Part shown: positions 31,314 to 41,808 of the stretch, piece by piece
How the letters are laid out: each line of letters starts with the position of its first letter
Position numbering within the stretch: the stretch's first letter is position 1
DNA from: Luteimonas sp.
GTDB taxonomy: Bacteria; Pseudomonadota; Gammaproteobacteria; Xanthomonadales; Xanthomonadaceae
Assembly (NCBI GenBank): GCA_045810015.1
Contig: JBJMWR010000024.1
Span: forward strand, 48,174 to 112,173
DNA length: 64,000 bases
Reading direction: 5' to 3'
Position numbers and translations under genes: made by a program
The notes under the pieces: model-generated
The model's input: the letters and a program-made list of their open reading frames with translations, nothing else
Told to the model about the DNA's origin: nothing
Database searches by the model: none

Positions 31314-31583
31314 GTTCGAACCCTCCCTCGAAGCTGCGACCAGCACAGCGCTTGCGCAGATGGCGGAGTTATAGCCGATAAGTCGGGATCCGGGCGGGCT
31401 CGGCCAGGGGTGTTCAGTTGGCGATGCGCAGCCATGACGAGGACGGCAGACAGGTGCGGGCGTGGTCGCAAGGCCGGCCAGCGCGAAACGTCTCCAATGC
31501 GACTGCGACGGCACGTTACCCGCGCCGGGCGGCCGGATGGTGGGACAATGCAATGCTCCCCCTGATCATCGCTGCTGCTTCCT

Positions 31584-32441
31584 ATGACTCATGCCCCTGT
31601 CCCGGCCCGCGCTGTGCAGAACGCGCTCGCGCCGCTGCCCCGCATCCGCAACATCATCGCCATCGGTTCCGGCAAGGGCGGCGTCGGCAAGTCCACGACC
31701 GCGGTGAATCTCGCGCTGGCGCTCGCAGCCGACGGTGCGCGCGTCGGCGTCCTCGATGCAGATGTCTACGGCCCGAGCATCCCGGTGATGCTCGGTCTTT
31801 CCGGAAAGCCGGACAGCCCCGATGGCAAGTCGATCCTGCCGATGCATGCGCACGGCATCGAGGCGATGTCGATCGGGCTGCTGGTCGACCAGGACACGCC
31901 GATGATCTGGCGTGGGCCGATGGCGACGTCGGCATTGACACAGCTGCTCAACGACACGCTGTGGGGTGGCGACGAAGCGCTCGACTACCTGCTGGTCGAT
32001 CTGCCGCCGGGCACGGGCGACATCCAGCTCACGCTGGCGCAGAAGATTCCGGTGGCCGGCGCGGTGATCGTGACCACGCCACAGGACGTGGCGACGCTCG
32101 ATGCGCGCAAGGCGCTGAGGATGTTCGAGAAGGTCGAGGTCGCGGTGCTCGGGCTGGTCGAGAACATGGCCCAGCACGTGTGCTCGAACTGCGGGCACGT
32201 GGAGCATCTGTTCGGCGACGGTGGCGGTCAGCGTATGGCGACGCAGTACGGCGTGCCGCTGCTGGGTTCGCTGCCGCTGGAGATCGGCATCCGCGCGCAG
32301 GGCGATGCCGGTGCGCCGATCGCCGTTGCGTCGCCGGATTCGCCCGCCGCGCAGGCCTATCGCGCCACGGCGCGGCGGCTGGTGGAGGAACTCGAGACGC
32401 GGCCGCGGGCGCCGATGTCGATTTCCGCATCGCTGGTCTGA
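31584..32441 (+). CDS. apbC: iron-sulfur cluster carrier ATPase (Mrp/ApbC/NBP35 family)
   Basis: IIAIGSGKGGVGKSTTAVNLALALA (deviant Walker A) and C.NCG..... (CxxC) motifs. Confidence 0.9.
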   Translation: MTHAPVPARAVQNALAPLPRIRNIIAIGSGKGGVGKSTTAVNLALALAADGARVGVLDADVYGPSIPVMLGLSGKPDSPDGKSILPMHAHGIEAMSIGLLVDQDTPMIWRGPMATSALTQLLNDTLWGGDEALDYLLVDLPPGTGDIQLTLAQKIPVAGAVIVTTPQDVATLDARKALRMFEKVEVAVLGLVENMAQHVCSNCGHVEHLFGDGGGQRMATQYGVPLLGSLPLEIGIRAQGDAGAPIAVASPDSPAAQAYRATARRLVEELETRPRAPMSISASLV

Positions 32442-32523
32442 CACTGCGGCTGTGGCGGGGTGACGCAGGCGGGCTGGACAGCGACAATGCGCGTCCAGGC
32501 CGCCGCGCCGCAGGAACCCCACG

Positions 32524-33096
32524 ATGAGCATCAAGAGCGACCGCTGGATCCGCCGCATGTCCGAGCAGGGCATGATCGAGCCCTTCGAACCGGGCCAGTT
32601 GAAGCAGGACCCCGCCGGCCAGCGCATCGTCAGCTACGGCACGTCGAGCTACGGCTACGACGTGCGTTGCTCGCGCGAGTTCAAAATCTTCACCAACATC
32701 AACTCGACAATCGTCGATCCGAAGCACTTCGATCCCGGCAGCTTCGTCGACATCGAAGCCGACGAATGCATCATTCCGCCGAATTCGTTTGCGCTGGCGC
32801 GCACGGTCGAGTACTTCCGCATCCCGCGTGACACGCTGGTCGTGTGCCTGGGCAAGAGCACGTACGCGCGCTGCGGGATCATCGTCAACGTGACGCCGCT
32901 CGAGCCGGAATGGGAAGGTCACGTCACGCTGGAATTCAGCAACACGACGCCGCTGCCGGCGCGCATCTACGCCAATGAAGGCGTTGCGCAGATGCTGTTC
33001 TTCCAGTCCGATGCCGATGACGTGTGCGAAACCTCGTACAAGGATCGCGGCGGCAAGTACCAGGGTCAGCGCGGCGTCACGCTGCCGCGCACCTGA
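32524..33096 (+). CDS. dcd: dCTP deaminase
   Basis: [12 protein letters not shown]...GMIEPF........VSYG.SSYGYD.R and ..LEFSN.TPLP..IYANEG.AQ..F are typical Dcd sequence. Confidence 0.93.
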   Translation: MSIKSDRWIRRMSEQGMIEPFEPGQLKQDPAGQRIVSYGTSSYGYDVRCSREFKIFTNINSTIVDPKHFDPGSFVDIEADECIIPPNSFALARTVEYFRIPRDTLVVCLGKSTYARCGIIVNVTPLEPEWEGHVTLEFSNTTPLPARIYANEGVAQMLFFQSDADDVCETSYKDRGGKYQGQRGVTLPRT

Positions 33097-33127
33097 TCGT
33101 TCGAAACCATCACGCAAGGACGTTGCG

Positions 33128-33637
33128 ATGCAGGAACCGAATCCGTATCAGGCGCCGACGGCGCAACTGCAGACCGATGACATCGAGCAGCTCGCAGAGC
33201 GCGGCACGCGTCTGGGGGCGGTGTTGATTGATGGCCTGATCGGCCTGGCCGTCGTCACGCCGGTCATGTGGCTCGGCGGCTACTGGACGGCGGTGATCGA
33301 CGCGGCGCAACGCGGCGAGCAGGTCGGTCTCGGCCTGCAGGCCATGTGGATGTTGATCGGCATGCTGATCTTTGCCGCGATCCATGCCTGGCCGCTGCAC
33401 GTCGGTGGCCAGACCTGGGGCAAGCGCCTGCTCGGCATCCGCATCGTCACGCTCGATGGCCGGCCAGTCACGGCGCTGCGCGCAATTTTCGCGCGCTACT
33501 TCCCGATGCAGGTGGTGGGTGGCATTCCGTGCTTGGGCGCGCTCGTGCTGCTCGGCAGTCTCTGCATGATCTTCCGCCAGGACCGCCGTTGCGGCCACGA
33601 TTTCGTCGCCGGCACGCGCGTGGTCCGCGCGCGCTGA
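33128..33637 (+). CDS. RDD-family membrane protein
   Basis: ERGTRLGAVLIDGLI.. followed by three hydrophobic segments, and ..GKRLLGIRIV...G....... ...HD.VAGT.VV as in RDD domains. Confidence 0.7.
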   Translation: MQEPNPYQAPTAQLQTDDIEQLAERGTRLGAVLIDGLIGLAVVTPVMWLGGYWTAVIDAAQRGEQVGLGLQAMWMLIGMLIFAAIHAWPLHVGGQTWGKRLLGIRIVTLDGRPVTALRAIFARYFPMQVVGGIPCLGALVLLGSLCMIFRQDRRCGHDFVAGTRVVRAR

Positions 33638-33638
33638 G

Positions 33639-34055
33639 TCAACGCGGCAACGCGGCCTGCAATTGGCCGATGCGTTCGACGAGCTGTTCGGGCGTGTAGG
33701 GCCGCGCAGCCACGCGGCCCCACACAGGTGCCGGCCACGCGGGATCGTGCTGTTCGCGGCCGATCACATGCACATGCAGCTGCTCGACCATGTTGCCGAG
33801 CGCGGCGATGTTGAGCTTGTAGGGCCGGAACGCGTCGCGCAGCAGGCGCGCAGCGATGTCGATCTCGTCGGTCAGCTGGCGACGCTGGTCGGCATCGAGA
33901 TCGATCATCTCGCGCGCGCCGGCGATGCGCGGCACCAGTACCAGCCACGGGTAATTGGCGTCGTCCATCAACCGCAGCTCGCACAACGTGAGCGTCGCCA
34001 GTGGATGGGTGTCGTCGGCCAGCTGCGGATGCAGCGCGAAGGCGGCGTGGGTCAT
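33639..34055 (-). CDS. HIT-family protein
   Basis: ..YPWLVLVPR......I.L........L..EI......L........NIAALGN.V.QLHVHVIGR matches the HIT-like fold pattern. Its stop lies 1 nt from the convergent RDD stop. Confidence 0.75.
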   Translation of the reverse strand: MTHAAFALHPQLADDTHPLATLTLCELRLMDDANYPWLVLVPRIAGAREMIDLDADQRRQLTDEIDIAARLLRDAFRPYKLNIAALGNMVEQLHVHVIGREQHDPAWPAPVWGRVAARPYTPEQLVERIGQLQAALPR

Positions 34056-34741
34056 GGCGTCGCGTCCTGCCGCAATGCGGCGTCGAGGAAGGCGAGGGTG
34101 GCGCGGCGTGCGGCAGCGGCGCTTGCAGCGTGGTAATGGGCCGGATCGACTTCGCGGTTGAAGCCGTGTCCGCCCGGATGCACCAGGAATTCGGCGTCGG
34201 GCTGGGCGCTGCGATGGCGCTCGATGTCCTCCGGCGGGATCGCAGAATCCTCGGCACCGAACTGGAACAGCATCGGCGCCTGCAGGGGTTCGTCAAGGAA
34301 CGGCACGGTGCGCGCGCCGTAGTAGCTGACCGCGGGCAGCGCCAGGCGCGTATTGGCGAGAAAGGCCAGCGTACCGCCCCAGCAGAAGCCGACCGCACCG
34401 ATGCGGCGATGCCCTTCGGACTGCAGCGCGCCGCGGCAGGCGCGGAGGATGCCGACGGCGCGCTCGGTGCCCAGCGCCTCCACCAGTTCGCGGCCGCGGG
34501 CGAAGCCGTCTGCGTCGTAAGCGAGTTCGACATGACGCGTGACCGGGTCGAACAATGCCGGCGCCAGGGCCACATACCCTGCGGCCGCGTAACCATCGGC
34601 GACGCTCCGGATGTGCGGGTTGACGCCGAAGATCTCCTGGATCACGACCACTGCGCCTAGCGCGGCAGCGCCATGGGGCGGATCCGCGCGCCAGGCGTTC
34701 ACCGGTCCGGAGGGCGTGGCGAGGATGACGTCCCGGCCCAT
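34052..34741 (-). CDS. dienelactone hydrolase family protein
   Basis: [31 protein letters not shown] and nucleophile region GAVGFCWGG. Start ATG 34741. ATGA overlap with the HIT gene. Confidence 0.82.
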   Translation of the reverse strand: MGRDVILATPSGPVNAWRADPPHGAAALGAVVVIQEIFGVNPHIRSVADGYAAAGYVALAPALFDPVTRHVELAYDADGFARGRELVEALGTERAVGILRACRGALQSEGHRRIGAVGFCWGGTLAFLANTRLALPAVSYYGARTVPFLDEPLQAPMLFQFGAEDSAIPPEDIERHRSAQPDAEFLVHPGGHGFNREVDPAHYHAASAAAARRATLAFLDAALRQDATP

Positions 34742-34915
34742 GAGGAATACCTGTTCAGGTGGCGCCCCGAGTCTAACCGAGTCGAGAACGGCGAATCCGT
34801 GCCGCCGGTCCACAGCTGGGCCGGCGGTATACTGCGCGGCCATCGCGCGCGGGCGTCATGCCGCGCGACCGCGATCCCAGCCGCCCTCGGCGGCCATCTC
34901 CAAGCCACGGTTCCC

Positions 34916-36286
34916 ATGTCCGCAGCCAATCCCAAGGTCGGGTTCGTCAGCCTCGGCTGCCCGAAAGCCCTCGTCGATTCCGAGCGCATCCTCACCCAGC
35001 TCCGCGTCGAGGGCTACGACATCGTCCAGACCTACGACGATGCCGACGTCGTCGTCGTCAACACCTGCGGCTTCATCGATTCGGCGGTGACCGAATCGCT
35101 GGACGCGATCGGCGAGGCCATCGCCGAGAACGGCAAGGTCATCGTGACCGGTTGCCTGGGCAAGCGCGAAGCGGTGATCCGCGAGGCGCATCCCGGCGTG
35201 CTGTCGATCAGTGGCCCGCAGGACTACGGTTCGGTGATGCGTGCGGTGCACTCGGCAGCACCGCAGACGCACAATCCTTTCATCGATCTGGTGCCACGCC
35301 GCGCCGCGATGGACGACATCGGCATCAAGCTGACGCCCAAGCACTACGCGTATCTGAAGATTTCCGAAGGCTGCAACCATCGCTGTAGCTTCTGCATCAT
35401 TCCGTCGATGCGCGGCGATCTAGTCTCGCGCCCGGTCGACGACGTGCTGCGCGAAGCCGAGAAGCTCGTGCGCGGCGGCGTGCGCGAACTGCTGGTGATC
35501 TCGCAGGACACCTCGGCCTACGGCGTCGACGTGCGCTACGCCGAGCGCACCTGGCGCGAGCGCCAGTACGCCACGCGCATGAAGGCGCTGTGCGAGGGGC
35601 TGTCGGAACTCGGCGTGTGGACGCGCCTGCATTACGTGTACCCGTATCCGCACGTCGACGACATCATTCCGCTGATGACCGAACGTCACACGGACGGCAT
35701 GCCGAAGTTGCTGCCGTATCTCGACGTGCCGCTGCAGCACGCCAGCCCGCGCATCCTGAAACTCATGAAGCGACCGGGCGCGATCGACAAGACCCGCGAA
35801 CGCATCGCGCGCTGGCGCGAGATCTGCCCGGAACTGACGATCCGCAGCACATTCATCGTCGGCTTCCCCGGCGAGACCGAAGACGATTTCCAGCAGCTGC
35901 TCGACTTCCTCGACGAGGCGCAGCTCGACCGCGTCGGCGCGTTCGCCTATTCGCCGGTGACCGGCGCAACGGCCAATGCGCTGCCCGATGCCGTGCCCGA
36001 AGAAGTGAAGCAGGAACGCCTCGCACGCTTCATGGAAAAGCAGGCGGACATCTCCACGGCGCGCCTCGAAACCAAGGTTGGTACGGTGCAGATGTGCATC
36101 GTCGACATGGTCGACGGCGATCTCGCGATCGCGCGTTCGATGGGCGATGCGCCCGAGATCGACGGCGTGGTGCAGATCCAGGATGGCCGCGAGGCCGACC
36201 TGCAGCCCGGCGATTTCGTCGATGTCGCGATCATGGGCAGCGACGAACACGATCTCTACGGCGAGGTTGCCGAGGTGCTGGCGTGA
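34916..36286 (+). CDS. rimO: ribosomal protein S12 (Asp88) methylthiotransferase
   Basis: [17 protein letters not shown] (MTTase N), [13 protein letters not shown] (radical SAM CxxxCxxC), and a TRAM-like C-terminus. Confidence 0.93.
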   Translation: MSAANPKVGFVSLGCPKALVDSERILTQLRVEGYDIVQTYDDADVVVVNTCGFIDSAVTESLDAIGEAIAENGKVIVTGCLGKREAVIREAHPGVLSISGPQDYGSVMRAVHSAAPQTHNPFIDLVPRRAAMDDIGIKLTPKHYAYLKISEGCNHRCSFCIIPSMRGDLVSRPVDDVLREAEKLVRGGVRELLVISQDTSAYGVDVRYAERTWRERQYATRMKALCEGLSELGVWTRLHYVYPYPHVDDIIPLMTERHTDGMPKLLPYLDVPLQHASPRILKLMKRPGAIDKTRERIARWREICPELTIRSTFIVGFPGETEDDFQQLLDFLDEAQLDRVGAFAYSPVTGATANALPDAVPEEVKQERLARFMEKQADISTARLETKVGTVQMCIVDMVDGDLAIARSMGDAPEIDGVVQIQDGREADLQPGDFVDVAIMGSDEHDLYGEVAEVLA

Positions 36287-36678
36287 TCCGCCGCGCAGTG
36301 CTGCTCGCGGCCGCGTTGTACACGGCCGGTGTCGCGCAGGCTGCTGACGGATTGAGCGGCACGTATCAGCCTGCAGGCGAAGGCGCGGACGCGTTTCCCG
36401 CCGACGCGCAACTGGTGGTGCGGGCCGAAGGCCGCGGCTGGCTGGCGATGTTCCGCGGCGAAGGCCTCGCGCTGTTGCCGCTGAGCGCGATGGAGCAGCA
36501 CGGCCTGTTTCCGGACATCGGTCCCGAGGCGCGCCTGCAGTGTGCGTATTCGCGTGCATTCCTGTTCTGCCGCGTGTCGCCGGGCACGGCGTTTCCGGAC
36601 AAGAATTTCACGTCGACCACCGGGTATTTCACCGCGCTGTCGGACGACGGAATTTTCGAGATGCGTCGCGTCGACTGA
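36283..36678 (+). CDS. hypothetical secreted protein, translationally coupled to rimO
   Basis: GTG 36283 overlaps the rimO stop (GTGA). Signal peptide [22 protein letters not shown]. Codon third positions are GC-rich like the neighbours. No family recognised. Confidence 0.55.
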   Translation: MIRRAVLLAAALYTAGVAQAADGLSGTYQPAGEGADAFPADAQLVVRAEGRGWLAMFRGEGLALLPLSAMEQHGLFPDIGPEARLQCAYSRAFLFCRVSPGTAFPDKNFTSTTGYFTALSDDGIFEMRRVD

Positions 36679-36804
36679 CGGCGTGCATCTGCGCAGACCT
36701 CTGCTTGGTCGAGCGCGCCATGCGTGCTCTGCACGTCCTCCGTGCGGCGGATGACGCGCGATTCGTCGCCAGGCGTGGATCGTCGTCACGTTCCCGTGTG
36801 TGTG

Positions 36805-37392
36805 TCAGCGCGCCGCCTCGACTGCGTCCACATAGTCCCAGGTCGCCACCTCGATCGCGTCGATCGACGCGATCGCCCGCGGCAGCAGGCGCCGGCCCTC
36901 GTCGCCGCCGTCGTCGCGCATCGTGCCTGCGGCGTTGTAGTCGACCAGGGCCTGCCATGCGGGCAGGCGCGCTTCCACGGTGTCGCGCAGCCGCCGCAGT
37001 GCGGCATCTGCGGCTGGCGCCGAACCGGATGCGGCCAGTGCGATCTCCGCGCGCGACTCGAAATCGGCGCCGAAATGGTGGGTGTCCGTGCGGGCACGCC
37101 AGAATGCGCCGAGGCGGAAGCGTTCGTCGTCGGCCGCTGTCTGCCCCCGCGCGACACCAGGCAGGCTGCGTTCGATCAGGAACCGCCGCAGGCGGTGCGC
37201 GAGATCCGCGTGCGCGCGCGTTTTCGCGTCGGAGACAGGGGCCGTGGCCTGGTCCTGCGAGGTCGTCGGCGCTGCGTCACGCGTGCATGCGGGCAGGGCG
37301 AACAGGATGATCGGCAGCAGCGCGGACAGCACGCACGCAGCGCGGCGAATGCACCAGGGACGCTGCCGCGCCGGGACACCGGAATCACTCAC
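36805..37392 (-). CDS. hypothetical lipoprotein
   Basis: GTG 37392 overlaps the greB stop (GTGA). The n-region and hydrophobic core end in ..FALPA-C. Strongly GC-rich third positions. No family recognised. Confidence 0.6.
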   Translation of the reverse strand: MSDSGVPARQRPWCIRRAACVLSALLPIILFALPACTRDAAPTTSQDQATAPVSDAKTRAHADLAHRLRRFLIERSLPGVARGQTAADDERFRLGAFWRARTDTHHFGADFESRAEIALAASGSAPAADAALRRLRDTVEARLPAWQALVDYNAAGTMRDDGGDEGRRLLPRAIASIDAIEVATWDYVDAVEAAR

Positions 37393-37895
37393 GCCGCGCG
37401 ATAGTCCACGGCGAGTACCGCGAAGCGCACCAGGCCGCTCGGCAGCTGCGCCTCGAACTCGTCATCGACGCGTTTCTTGAGCATCGCCCGCGCCAGTGGC
37501 GAATCGATGCTGATCCAGCCGGCCTTCGCGTCGGTCTCGTCGGGCCCGACGATGCGGTACTGCGCCAGTTCACCGCTGTCGGTGTCTTCCAGTTCGACAT
37601 GCGCGCCGAAGAACACGGCGTCGGTATCGCTGGGCGCCGCATCGATCACGCGCAACGACTCCAGCCGCTTCGACAGATAGCGCACGCGCCGGTCGATCTC
37701 GCCGAGCTGCTTCTTGCGATAGGTGTATTCCGCGTTTTCCGAACGATCGCCTTCGGCTGCTGCCGCGGACAACGCACGCACGACCTCGGGCCGGCGCACA
37801 CGCCACAGATCGTCGAGTTCGGCCTTCAGACGCGCGTGGCCTTCGGGCGTGATCAACGCAGTGCTTTTCTCGGCAGGCGGGCGCCAGCGAGACAT
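37389..37895 (-). CDS. greB: transcription elongation factor GreB
   Basis: ..ITPEG...L..EL..LW...RPEV......[13 protein letters not shown]........RRVR.L..RL... GreA/GreB coiled-coil plus FKBP-like C-terminus. Basic N-terminal patch of the GreB type. Confidence 0.88.
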   Translation of the reverse strand: MSRWRPPAEKSTALITPEGHARLKAELDDLWRVRRPEVVRALSAAAAEGDRSENAEYTYRKKQLGEIDRRVRYLSKRLESLRVIDAAPSDTDAVFFGAHVELEDTDSGELAQYRIVGPDETDAKAGWISIDSPLARAMLKKRVDDEFEAQLPSGLVRFAVLAVDYRAA

Positions 37896-38395
37896 CAGCT
37901 GTCTGCCTTTGTGTCGAGACGGACCAGAATCATGCCCGCATCGCGCTCGTCGGCTGACTGGCAGCGCCCGCCGTCTTGATGCAGTTCCCGGGCGGCGTCA
38001 TGGATGCGGAATCCATACAGGTAGTCGTCGTTGGTGGGCGACGCGTCCGGACCAATAAGAATCAGGCAGCTTCCCGCGATCTCATCGATCCACCAGCCTC
38101 CCCGAATCGTTCGCGTTCGCGACGGATCTTCATCGCATCGGAGTGAGATGGCATACCGGCGATCGCGTTGAATCAGGAGTTCAGCAGTCTGGAATTCGCA
38201 GCTCTGAAATCGTCGTGGCTCGTCGCGGACACTGCCGGTGTAACGACCTTCGAGCAGATGCTGGCGCGCCGCGGTCCATTCGACAACATATTGCTGTGCG
38301 CGTACCGGGGCGACAAACGACGCCATCACCACCAGAAATGCAAAGGCATAGCCTGCCTGGATTTGCATTTTTCCGGGCGAATTCGCTCCGCTCAT
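37895..38395 (-). CDS. orphan hypothetical secreted protein (4 Cys), atypical codon usage
   Basis: The ORF exactly fills the gap between the DUF853 gene (ATGA overlap at 38392-38395) and greB (1-nt overlap at 37895). Signal-peptide-like [26 protein letters not shown] (alternative start 38368). Many A/T-ending codons compared with the neighbours. No family recognised. Confidence 0.5.
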   Translation of the reverse strand: MSGANSPGKMQIQAGYAFAFLVVMASFVAPVRAQQYVVEWTAARQHLLEGRYTGSVRDEPRRFQSCEFQTAELLIQRDRRYAISLRCDEDPSRTRTIRGGWWIDEIAGSCLILIGPDASPTNDDYLYGFRIHDAARELHQDGGRCQSADERDAGMILVRLDTKADS

Positions 38396-39891
38396 TTCAG
38401 TTTTATGCCGCCGAGCAGGTTGCGTACGATGCGATTGGTGATCGTGCGGATCGCCTGCTTGCCGGCGCTCTGCACCGCGCCCTGGCGGCGCTTGGTGCCG
38501 AACAGGAATTCATTGATCGAGCGGCTCACGCCGCCCTCTCCATCGTCGGCATCGGCTTCGCGCGCGGTCTTGGCAGGCGGCGCCTTGGCCTGCGCGGTCG
38601 CGTCTTCGGCGCGTTTCGCGAGCAGTTCGGCCGCGGAGTCGCGGTTGATCGACGTGTCGTACTTGCCGCCAACCGGGCTGTTCGCGAGTACCTGCGCCCG
38701 CTCTTCTGGCGTGATCGCACCCATGCGGCAGCGCGGCGGTGCGATCAGCGTGCGCTCGACCGGCATCGGCACGCCTTTGTCCTGCAGTGTGGAGACCAGC
38801 GCCTCGCCGGTGCCCAGCTGCGAGATCGCGCTGGCCACATCGAGCGCGGGATTCGGCACGAAGGTCTCGGCCGCGGTGCGCACGGCCTTCTGGTCGCGAG
38901 GGGTGAACGCACGTAGCGCGTGCTGCACGCGATTGCCGAGCTGGCCGAGCACGTTGTCGGGCACGTCGTCGGGAAACTGCGAGCAGAAGTACACGCCCAC
39001 GCCCTTGGAGCGGATCAGACGCACGACCTGTTCGATGCGCTGCTGCAGCGCGGCCGGCGCGTCGTTGAACAGCAGATGCGCCTCGTCGAAGATGAAGACG
39101 AGCTTCGGTTTATCCAGATCACCGACTTCCGGCAGCGTCTCGAACAGTTCCGACAGCAGCCACAGCAGGAAGCTCGAATACAGTCGCGGGCGCAGAATCA
39201 GCTGGTCGGCGGCGAGGATGCCGATGACGCCGCGGCCGTCGGTGGACGTGCGCATCAGATCGTTGAGTTCCAGCGCCGGCTCGCCGAAGAAATGATCGCC
39301 GCCGTCCTGTTCAAGCCGCAGCAGCGAACGCTGGATTGCGGCCACCGATTGCGGGCTGACCAGGCCGTACTGCGTGGAAATGTCCTTGCGCTCGTCTGTC
39401 ACCACACCCAGCAGCGCGCGCAGATCGGCAAGATCGAGCAGCAGCAGGCCGCGGTCGTCGGCGAGCTTGAACACGATGTCGAGCACGCCCGACTGGGTGT
39501 CGTTGAGTTCGAGGATGCGCGCGAGCAGCAGCGGGCCGACCTCGCTGACCGTCGTGCGCACCGGATGGCCGAGCTTGCCGTAGAGATCCCAGAACACCAC
39601 CGGGCTCGCGGCCGGCGCCCAGTCGGCGACGCCGATCTCGGCCGCGCGTGCAAGCAGCTTGTCGTTCGATGTGCCCGCGACCGCCAGTCCGGCGACATCG
39701 CCTTTGACGTCGGCCATGAACACCGGCACGCCGATGCGCGAGAAGCCTTCGGCCAGCGTCATCAGGGTGACGGTTTTGCCGGTGCCGGTCGCGCCGGCGA
39801 CGAGGCCGTGGCGGTTGCCGAGCTTCGGCAGCAGGTGGACGGGCCCGGCCTCGGGAGTGGTGACGGCCTTGCCGAGCAGGATCGGGTCCAT
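38392..39891 (-). CDS. DUF853-family P-loop ATPase (YjgR/HerA-like)
   Basis: GLVAGATGTGKTVTL (Walker A) and KLVFIFDEAHLLF (Walker B). At 499 aa it matches the size and layout of E. coli YjgR. Confidence 0.85.
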   Translation of the reverse strand: MDPILLGKAVTTPEAGPVHLLPKLGNRHGLVAGATGTGKTVTLMTLAEGFSRIGVPVFMADVKGDVAGLAVAGTSNDKLLARAAEIGVADWAPAASPVVFWDLYGKLGHPVRTTVSEVGPLLLARILELNDTQSGVLDIVFKLADDRGLLLLDLADLRALLGVVTDERKDISTQYGLVSPQSVAAIQRSLLRLEQDGGDHFFGEPALELNDLMRTSTDGRGVIGILAADQLILRPRLYSSFLLWLLSELFETLPEVGDLDKPKLVFIFDEAHLLFNDAPAALQQRIEQVVRLIRSKGVGVYFCSQFPDDVPDNVLGQLGNRVQHALRAFTPRDQKAVRTAAETFVPNPALDVASAISQLGTGEALVSTLQDKGVPMPVERTLIAPPRCRMGAITPEERAQVLANSPVGGKYDTSINRDSAAELLAKRAEDATAQAKAPPAKTAREADADDGEGGVSRSINEFLFGTKRRQGAVQSAGKQAIRTITNRIVRNLLGGIKLK

Positions 39892-40018
39892 CGCGCGCGC
39901 GCTCCATGAGGTGGATGCCGCGATTCTAGCGACTGCGTTGCAGTTCGCGCTGCGCGCCTTGCCGCGCCGCGACGGGCAGGGCTACCCTGCGGGCCCTGTC
40001 TGCTGGACCCCCGTCACG

Positions 40019-41572
40019 ATGCGAGATTCCGTTTCCACGATGCTGCGCCTGGGCGCCCTCGCGCTGGCGCTCGCGCTGGCCGCTACGGCCACCGATGCGA
40101 ATGCGCAGTCGCGCCGCGACCGCGAAGCCGGCGAGGCGCTCAACCAGCGCATGCTTGATGCCGAGGGCCGCTACCGTCAGGCACTGGTGCAGATCGCCAA
40201 CGACGATCCGGCCGGCATCAATGCCAGCAACGCGGCGCTGGAGGACATGGAAGACGTGATGCTGGCCTGCGAGAAGCAGCGCGGCTGCAGCGTCCCGCAG
40301 TTGCTGACGACCTACAAGCGCCTGCTCAAGTCCGATGCCGATGCCCAGGCCGGTCAGGGACCGGACGATGCCGACGTCGACGGCCTCGAAGGCACGCTGC
40401 CGACCGCCGATGTGCCGGCCGCCGCCAGCGCGTCGGCGCTGCTGGCCGAGGACGAGCGCTTCAAGCGCATGGTCCAGCTCAATCCTGCCGTGCAGGCCTC
40501 GATCCGCCGCTGGCTCACCGACATGCGCGTGTCGCTGATGACCAGCCACGAGAACTACCAGTACATGCAGCATCTGATGTCACCGGCGTTCAAGCGCAGC
40601 GGTCTGCCGGAAGCGTTGCTGTTCGGCATCCTCGCCAAGGAATCCAACGGCCGCGTGCATGCGCGTTCGCGCGCGGGCGCTGCGGGTCCGCTGCAGTTCA
40701 TGCCGGCGACCGGGCGCCGCTTCGGCCTCGGCCCGGACGGCACCGGCTTCGACACCCGCTATGACCCGCGCCTGTCGGCCGACGCGGCGGCGGTGTATCT
40801 CAACGAACGCTTTGCCCAGCACGGCAACGAGATCGAGTACTGGCTCGCCGGCTACAACGGCGGCGAAGGCCGCGCGCTGCGCGTCTACCGCGAGGCAGCC
40901 GGCCGCAGCTTCTGGGATCCGGACGTCTACAACCAGTTCCCCGCCGAGACCAAGGACTACGTGCCGATGGTCATCGCCGCAGCGTGGCTGTATCTGCACC
41001 CGCAGGAGTATGGCCTGACGTTCCCGAAGATCGACACGCGCCCGGCGACCTTCACCCTCGAGCGCCCGGCGTCGATCTACGAGCTGACGATCTGCCTGGG
41101 CAACGGCAACACCCGCGACGGTTACATGCGCGCGCTGCGCAATCTCAACCCGAGCTACGAGGCCGAAAGCCTGCTGCCGGTCGGCACCACGCTCGCCGGC
41201 ACCACGCGCATGGCCAGCCTGTACAAGCGCTGGTGCGTGCGCGGCGAACGCGCCGATCTCGCGGCCAAACTCGTCAACAGCGATCCGCGCGCGGCGATCG
41301 TGCGCACCGGCGCGATCGAAGTGCTGTCGACCGACGGCGATCCGCCGCCGGCCGCGGTGCCGCCGTCCGCGTCCGCGCCGCGTCCACCGGAGGCTGCGCC
41401 TGCACCGGTGCGGGCGCGTACGCATCGCGTCGCACGTGGCGAAACGCTCGGCAGCATCGCCCAGCGGTACGGCTGTGATGTGCCGGTGCTGGCCCGCGCC
41501 AACGGTCTGCGCGCGCCGGCATATGCGCTGCGGCAGGGGCAGTCGTTGAAGTTGGAGGGGTGTTCGCGCTGA
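40019..41572 (+). CDS. lytic murein transglycosylase with C-terminal LysM domain (MltD-like)
   Basis: Signal peptide. SLT catalytic region LLFGILAKESNGRVHARSRAGAAGPLQFMPATG. C-terminal LysM (HRVARGETLGSIAQRYG.....LARANGL). Confidence 0.85.
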   Translation: MRDSVSTMLRLGALALALALAATATDANAQSRRDREAGEALNQRMLDAEGRYRQALVQIANDDPAGINASNAALEDMEDVMLACEKQRGCSVPQLLTTYKRLLKSDADAQAGQGPDDADVDGLEGTLPTADVPAAASASALLAEDERFKRMVQLNPAVQASIRRWLTDMRVSLMTSHENYQYMQHLMSPAFKRSGLPEALLFGILAKESNGRVHARSRAGAAGPLQFMPATGRRFGLGPDGTGFDTRYDPRLSADAAAVYLNERFAQHGNEIEYWLAGYNGGEGRALRVYREAAGRSFWDPDVYNQFPAETKDYVPMVIAAAWLYLHPQEYGLTFPKIDTRPATFTLERPASIYELTICLGNGNTRDGYMRALRNLNPSYEAESLLPVGTTLAGTTRMASLYKRWCVRGERADLAAKLVNSDPRAAIVRTGAIEVLSTDGDPPPAAVPPSASAPRPPEAAPAPVRARTHRVARGETLGSIAQRYGCDVPVLARANGLRAPAYALRQGQSLKLEGCSR

Positions 41573-41625
41573 GGGTGGCGTCGTTTCGACGTGCTCGCCA
41601 ACTCTCACTAGCCTGGAAACCTGCA

Positions 41626-41765
41626 CCTCTCGCTCTGGGAGAGAGCCTGCCCCGGACTTGATCCGGGGTCGGCGCGCGCAGCGCATCGGGTGAGGGCGGG
41701 GTTGTCTCGCAGAAGCGACGAGAGCACCCTCACCCCAACCCCTCTCCCGGCGGGAGAGGGGCTCG
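41626..41765. repeat. composite REP-like palindromic element between convergent genes
   Basis: Nested hairpins: CTCTC..GAGAG (41627-41645), CCCCGGA-CTTGA-TCCGGGG (41650-41668), GGGTGAGGG (41688-41696) paired with CCCTCACCC (41727-41735), and CCCCTCTCC-CGGCG-GGAGAGGGG (41739-41761). Motifs of the CCCTCACCCCAACCCCTCTCCC type, which I recall as multicopy in other proteobacterial genomes. Confidence 0.6.
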
Positions 41766-41808
41766 GATCTCGCGCGATTTCAGTTCACGGCGGCGCAGCG
41801 CGCCGCTT

